A stretch of DNA of 10,922 nt, taken from Candidatus Micrarchaeota archaeon. GTDB lineage: Archaea; B1Sed10-29; JAJRYS01. Where the stretch lies: the NCBI GenBank assembly GCA_964496415.1, contig CAZBZN010000024.1, forward strand, positions 1 through 10,922, given 5' to 3'. How positions within the stretch are numbered: position 1 is the stretch's first letter; each line of letters opens with the position of its first letter. The notes under the pieces were generated by a model. It made no database searches. It was not told the origin of the DNA and saw only the letters and a program-made list of their open reading frames with translations. Of the stretch, positions 8,207 through 10,922 are shown piece by piece. Made by a program: the position numbers and the translations under genes.

Positions 8207-9198
8207 TCATCCTCACATCCAACCAGATAATCCACATTATAAATCCTGTCATTCGTGCGGGGATCAGAAAAATAACAGCCACCTTCACAATCTTTAAAAT
8301 AAGGGCATTTCTTGCATTTATCACATAGCCAATCAAACTTTCTAAATTCTTTCAAAGTTTCTGAATTCCAAATCTCTGTTAGAGACTCTTTAAAAATATT
8401 TCCAACAACCATTTCAGTAGTCGGACAGATTTTAACATCCCCATTAGGAGTTATAGCACAAAAAGAAAACCCTGCGTTGCATTTATGAACTAAATCTTTA
8501 TACTCCTTACCTAGAACACATAAAGGTACCATATCAGCAAATGATATATTAACTTTAAAATCCTGGCTGGCTTTCTTCATTAATTCTGCTAACTCTTTAA
8601 TATCACTTTTCGACAAAGCAAGATCATTGTATTTTTTTCCTGAACCAGATTCAAAAAATCTATTTACAGCTATATTTTGAACATCAAATTTTTCTACAAA
8701 AAACTTAATATATTCATATATTTCTCTATAATTGCTTTTGATAGCGGTGAAATTTAAAGTTACTGGGATTCCTTTTTCTCTGATCTTTTTAAGAGATTCA
8801 ATTGTTTTGAACCAGGCCCCCTTTACTTGAACTATGCTATCATGCTTCTCAGGATTACATGAATGAATTGAAATGCCTATCCCTGAATCAGTTTCCTTAA
8901 TCACATCTATAATTTTCTCACTTATATTATAACAATTTGAAACTATTCCTGTAAATAACCCTATATCATAAGCATATTCAAAAAGTTCTTTAAGATAAGG
9001 ATAAAGAGTTGGCTCACCTCCAAAAAAGTTAACTTCAAACACATCCGCTTCTCTTAACCTATCAAGAATTTCTTTATGATGTTCTAAAGAATAAAAATTC
9101 TCAGCTTTTCTTTCTCCAGCATAACAAAATTTACATTTCAAATTACAATTATTAGTCACCTCAAAATTAACATACAAGGGAGCTTTTAAGTTAATCAT
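8203..9198 (-). CDS. Radical SAM/SPASM-domain protein, probable peptide maturase
   Basis: CxxxCxxC (CNLKCKFC), GGEP, and SPASM motifs CNAG...ITPNGDVKICP and CKKCPYFKDCEGGC (Cx2Cx5Cx3C). Confidence 0.93.
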   Translation of the reverse strand: MINLKAPLYVNFEVTNNCNLKCKFCYAGERKAENFYSLEHHKEILDRLREADVFEVNFFGGEPTLYPYLKELFEYAYDIGLFTGIVSNCYNISEKIIDVIKETDSGIGISIHSCNPEKHDSIVQVKGAWFKTIESLKKIREKGIPVTLNFTAIKSNYREIYEYIKFFVEKFDVQNIAVNRFFESGSGKKYNDLALSKSDIKELAELMKKASQDFKVNISFADMVPLCVLGKEYKDLVHKCNAGFSFCAITPNGDVKICPTTEMVVGNIFKESLTEIWNSETLKEFRKFDWLCDKCKKCPYFKDCEGGCYFSDPRTNDRIYNVDYLVGCEDE

Positions 9199-9249
9199 TT
9201 CATTAACTTTAAGCTTCTTTTCAAATGCAAAAGAAATTCCCAGCCCCCC

Positions 9250-9405
9250 TCAACACTTACCAGTCGGCGCACATTTACAATGACAACCAAGACATTTTTT
9301 CTTATCACTCATATGTACAGGCAAATCAGAAGATAAGTCTAATTCTTCAATTTTGAAATGGTCAAGAATCCCAAACATACCATCTATTTCACTAATGGAT
9401 TTCAT
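9250..9405 (-). CDS. Unannotated 51-aa Cys-rich putative RiPP precursor peptide
   Basis: MKSISEIDGMFGILDHFKIEELDLSSDLPVHMSDKKKCLGCHCKCAPTGKC*. SD GGGGTGA at 9416-9410. Acidic leader and five Cys in the last 14 residues; ends 51 nt before the radical SAM start. Confidence 0.82.
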   Translation of the reverse strand: MKSISEIDGMFGILDHFKIEELDLSSDLPVHMSDKKKCLGCHCKCAPTGKC

Positions 9406-9485
9406 GCCATCACCCCAATTATATTTTATTACTACTTATTTATAAAACCTCCTAAAATAGCCCCTTATAAAATATTTAATTTAAT

Positions 9486-9532
9486 GCTGCTCTGCACTCA
9501 CAGCAAGAGGACAACTGATGATCTGCTTCTAA
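9486..9532. repeat. Junction repeat copy 2 (long form, imperfect hairpin)
   Basis: GCTGCTCTGCACTCACAGCAAGAGGACAACTGATGATCTGCTTCTAA; 9489-9532 aligns to 10229-10273 at 37/45 columns. Confidence 0.9.
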
Positions 9533-9579
9533 CCTCTATTTAATAGCATAAGACCTAATATTCAAACCACCACAAATTT

Positions 9580-9798
9580 TTATTTCTTCAACATCCTCAC
9601 AGCAGTGCATAATGGGATCTCTTCTTTTTTGGAAACCTGTATTGCTTCTTCTACCCTGCTCCAAGAACCAAGTTCAGAATAAGCCCATGCTAAAGCAAAA
9701 GGCGGGCAGTAAAGCTTTTCTCTCTCCCATAACTCAAGAGCCTTGTCAGCAAGTTCAGGAAACTCTTCTTCCAACTCTTTCCTAAGAACTTCCTTCAT
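9580..9798 (-). CDS. Hypothetical 72-aa protein (MKEVLRKELEEEF...VRMLKK)
   Basis: The ATG at 9798 is preceded by GGAGGGGGTG (9813-9804). The longer 9945 start in the ORF track overlaps the cupin gene extensively and is unlikely. Confidence 0.7.
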   Translation of the reverse strand: MKEVLRKELEEEFPELADKALELWEREKLYCPPFALAWAYSELGSWSRVEEAIQVSKKEEIPLCTAVRMLKK

Positions 9799-10207
9799 AA
9801 ACACACCCCCTCCTAGCTGCTCTGCAGTAACCTGCTTTATCTTCGTTTTCAGGATACAAAATTTGATCATCCCTTCTAAAATTAATTTTAAGAACCAACA
9901 TTTCCAAGCTTTCATTTGAAAGATTTGTAAAACTGTGTTTTTCACCTACGTCAACAAAAAGAAGATCCCTTTCAGAGAGTTCAAATACTTTACCTTCAAT
10001 TTCTGCCCTCACATTACCCCTTGTTATATAAAATATTTCAGAAGTATAGTGATGAGCATGGGGAGGGATCCTTCCTCCAGGAGGTATGATAACATACTGA
10101 ATTAAATTAACAGATGGGGGTATGTTTTCCAATAACACTCTCTTTTGATAATTCATCTCTCCTTTTCCTTTAATCCATTTGCTTTCATCACTTTTAAAAA
10201 TTTTCAC
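9782..10207 (-). CDS. Cupin-domain protein
   Basis: Cupin motif 1 PPGGRIPPHAHHYTSEIFYITRG and motif 2 DLLFVDVGEKHSFTN. GTG start with SD GGGTGAGG at 10219-10212. The C-terminal tail reads through a junction repeat. Confidence 0.88.
   Translation of the reverse strand: MKIFKSDESKWIKGKGEMNYQKRVLLENIPPSVNLIQYVIIPPGGRIPPHAHHYTSEIFYITRGNVRAEIEGKVFELSERDLLFVDVGEKHSFTNLSNESLEMLVLKINFRRDDQILYPENEDKAGYCRAARRGCVYEGSS
9816..9841. repeat. Junction repeat copy 3 (short form)
   Basis: GCTGCTCTGCAGTAACCTGCTTTATC; the first 13 nt are identical to copy 1, and the ends are similar (GCTTTATC vs GCTTCATC). Confidence 0.8.
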
Positions 10208-10228
10208 CTATCCTCACCCACCGTACGA

Positions 10229-10273
10229 GCTACGCACTCACAGACAAGAGCACAGCTAATGATCTGCGGCTAA
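10229..10273. repeat. Junction repeat copy 4 (long form)
   Basis: GCTACGCACTCACAGACAAGAGCACAGCTAATGATCTGCGGCTAA; 37/45 identical to copy 2. Confidence 0.88.
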
Positions 10274-10282
10274 TTTCATTAG

Positions 10283-10813
10283 CTATTTCAATTTTTTAAG
10301 CTTTCTCTCGATTTCTCTCATCTTCTTCTCAGCATATTCTCTAGCCTCTGGAAGCATGAAAGAAGCTTCTAAATCTCTACGTAACTTCTGTAAGGCTTTC
10401 TCCAGTCCTAGGATTTTCACAAGTAATTCAAACCTACCAAAATGAGCCATGTTATCAGCTGATGCTACTATTTTTGCTTCTATTGTTTTTGGTTCAGGTG
10501 GTTTTCTTGTTCTATGAGTCTTAATGCAATGGACAATTTTGCTTATTTTCTCTTTGCTCATGTTAATAGAATTAAGAAATTCTTCTGCTTCTTTCGCAGA
10601 AGCAACTTCATGAGCTCTCCCCTTATAACCACCAACGGGATGTACTATGTCATGGAGCCACGCAGCAATCTCAACTACTTCCTCATCAGCTTCAGGATAG
10701 AAAGAGCAAAGCCACTTACTATGAGCAACAACTAATTTAACATGATGTTTAATAAACCAATCTGGAAGATTTTTCTTCACAAAACCCTTAACTTTTCTAA
10801 TATCCTTTCTCAT
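10283..10813 (-). CDS. HD-domain metal-dependent phosphohydrolase
   Basis: HHVKLV, AAWLHDI, HEVASA, IKTH and VASADN motifs. TTTAAATA about 25 nt upstream suggests a leaderless promoter. Confidence 0.88.
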   Translation of the reverse strand: MRKDIRKVKGFVKKNLPDWFIKHHVKLVVAHSKWLCSFYPEADEEVVEIAAWLHDIVHPVGGYKGRAHEVASAKEAEEFLNSINMSKEKISKIVHCIKTHRTRKPPEPKTIEAKIVASADNMAHFGRFELLVKILGLEKALQKLRRDLEASFMLPEAREYAEKKMREIERKLKKLK

Positions 10814-10844
10814 CAGTAAAATTAAGAACTTGGCTATTTAAAAA

Positions 10845-10877
10845 TTAGTGCTGCTCTGCACTCAAGATCTTCTTCAT
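10845..10877. repeat. Junction repeat copy 5
   Basis: TTAGTGCTGCTCTGCACTCA (10845-10864) matches 9481-9500 at 19/20. It is followed by AGATCTTCTTCAT, which resembles the GATCTGCTTC right end of copy 2. Confidence 0.85.
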
Positions 10878-10922
10878 ACAGCCATGCAGCTGTCTGTCAG
10901 CCTGGTGTCGTCATCGCAGCTG

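Noticed and set aside
9486..9504. Minus-strand GCAGAGCAGC resembles a tRNA D-arm segment (possible att duplication)
   Set aside because: There is no D-loop GG, no T-arm GTTCRA and no cloverleaf around any copy.
7880..9530. TGATGA box-C-like words near repeat copies 1 and 2 (possible C/D sRNA or TIGR-like array)
   Set aside because: They are on opposite strands in the two copies, are not conserved in the others, and have no properly placed CTGA box D or regular period.
9799..9945. N-terminal extension of ORF 9580..9945
   Set aside because: It overlaps the cupin gene in another frame, and a strong SD supports the ATG at 9798.
752..10735. Short antisense or alternative-frame ORFs in the track (752, 2394, 2725, 3071, 4276, 4680, 4988, 5575, 5694, 7035, 7466, 7509, 7816, 9358, 10514)
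   Set aside because: They shadow well-supported genes or span repeat and promoter regions, and show no recognisable motifs.
7886..10864. The repeat translates as (V/L)(T/S)AEQ on the minus strand in several copies
   Set aside because: In most copies the frame is closed by nearby stops or lacks a credible start. The peptide similarity follows from the DNA repeat.
7886..10877. Junction repeats as a CRISPR array or as classical attC sites
   Set aside because: Spacing is 330-1600 bp with whole genes in between, so this is not CRISPR. No RYYYAAC...GTTRRRY pair brackets the motif in gene orientation, so classical attC is not supported by eye.
10874..10921. Possible 3' end of another minus-strand gene (…SCDDDTRLTDSCMAV*) just before repeat copy 5
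   Set aside because: Only 15 codons are visible at the window edge, so it cannot be supported without flanking sequence.

Overview
AT-rich archaeal DNA, judged from a Dph6 domain, a RAD55/KaiC-like ATPase, BRE/TATA promoters, GGAGGTG/GGTGA ribosome-binding sites and apparently leaderless genes; a DPANN-type lineage is plausible but is inference only. The left part (1-6850) looks chromosomal: the 5' end of a DUF5320-like gene missed by the ORF track, an AsnB-type amidotransferase fused to a diphthine-ammonia ligase domain, a RAD55/KaiC-like ATPase, MscS, a SAM methyltransferase, a basic hypothetical protein, rubrerythrin, an unannotated 44-aa membrane protein and a wHTH regulator that shares a DNA motif with it. 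The right part (6879-10922) is a run of co-oriented minus-strand accessory genes: HD hydrolase, cupin, 72-aa orphan, a three-gene RiPP cluster and a DNA-hypermodification-family protein. The RiPP cluster consists of an unannotated 51-aa Cys-rich precursor, a radical SAM/SPASM enzyme and a PqqD/MftB-like RRE. Every module junction in this run carries a copy of a GCTGCTCTGCA(C/G)TCA-type motif (5 copies), which suggests a gene-cassette array with delimiters that lack attC consensus. All family calls come from motif recognition, not database searches.
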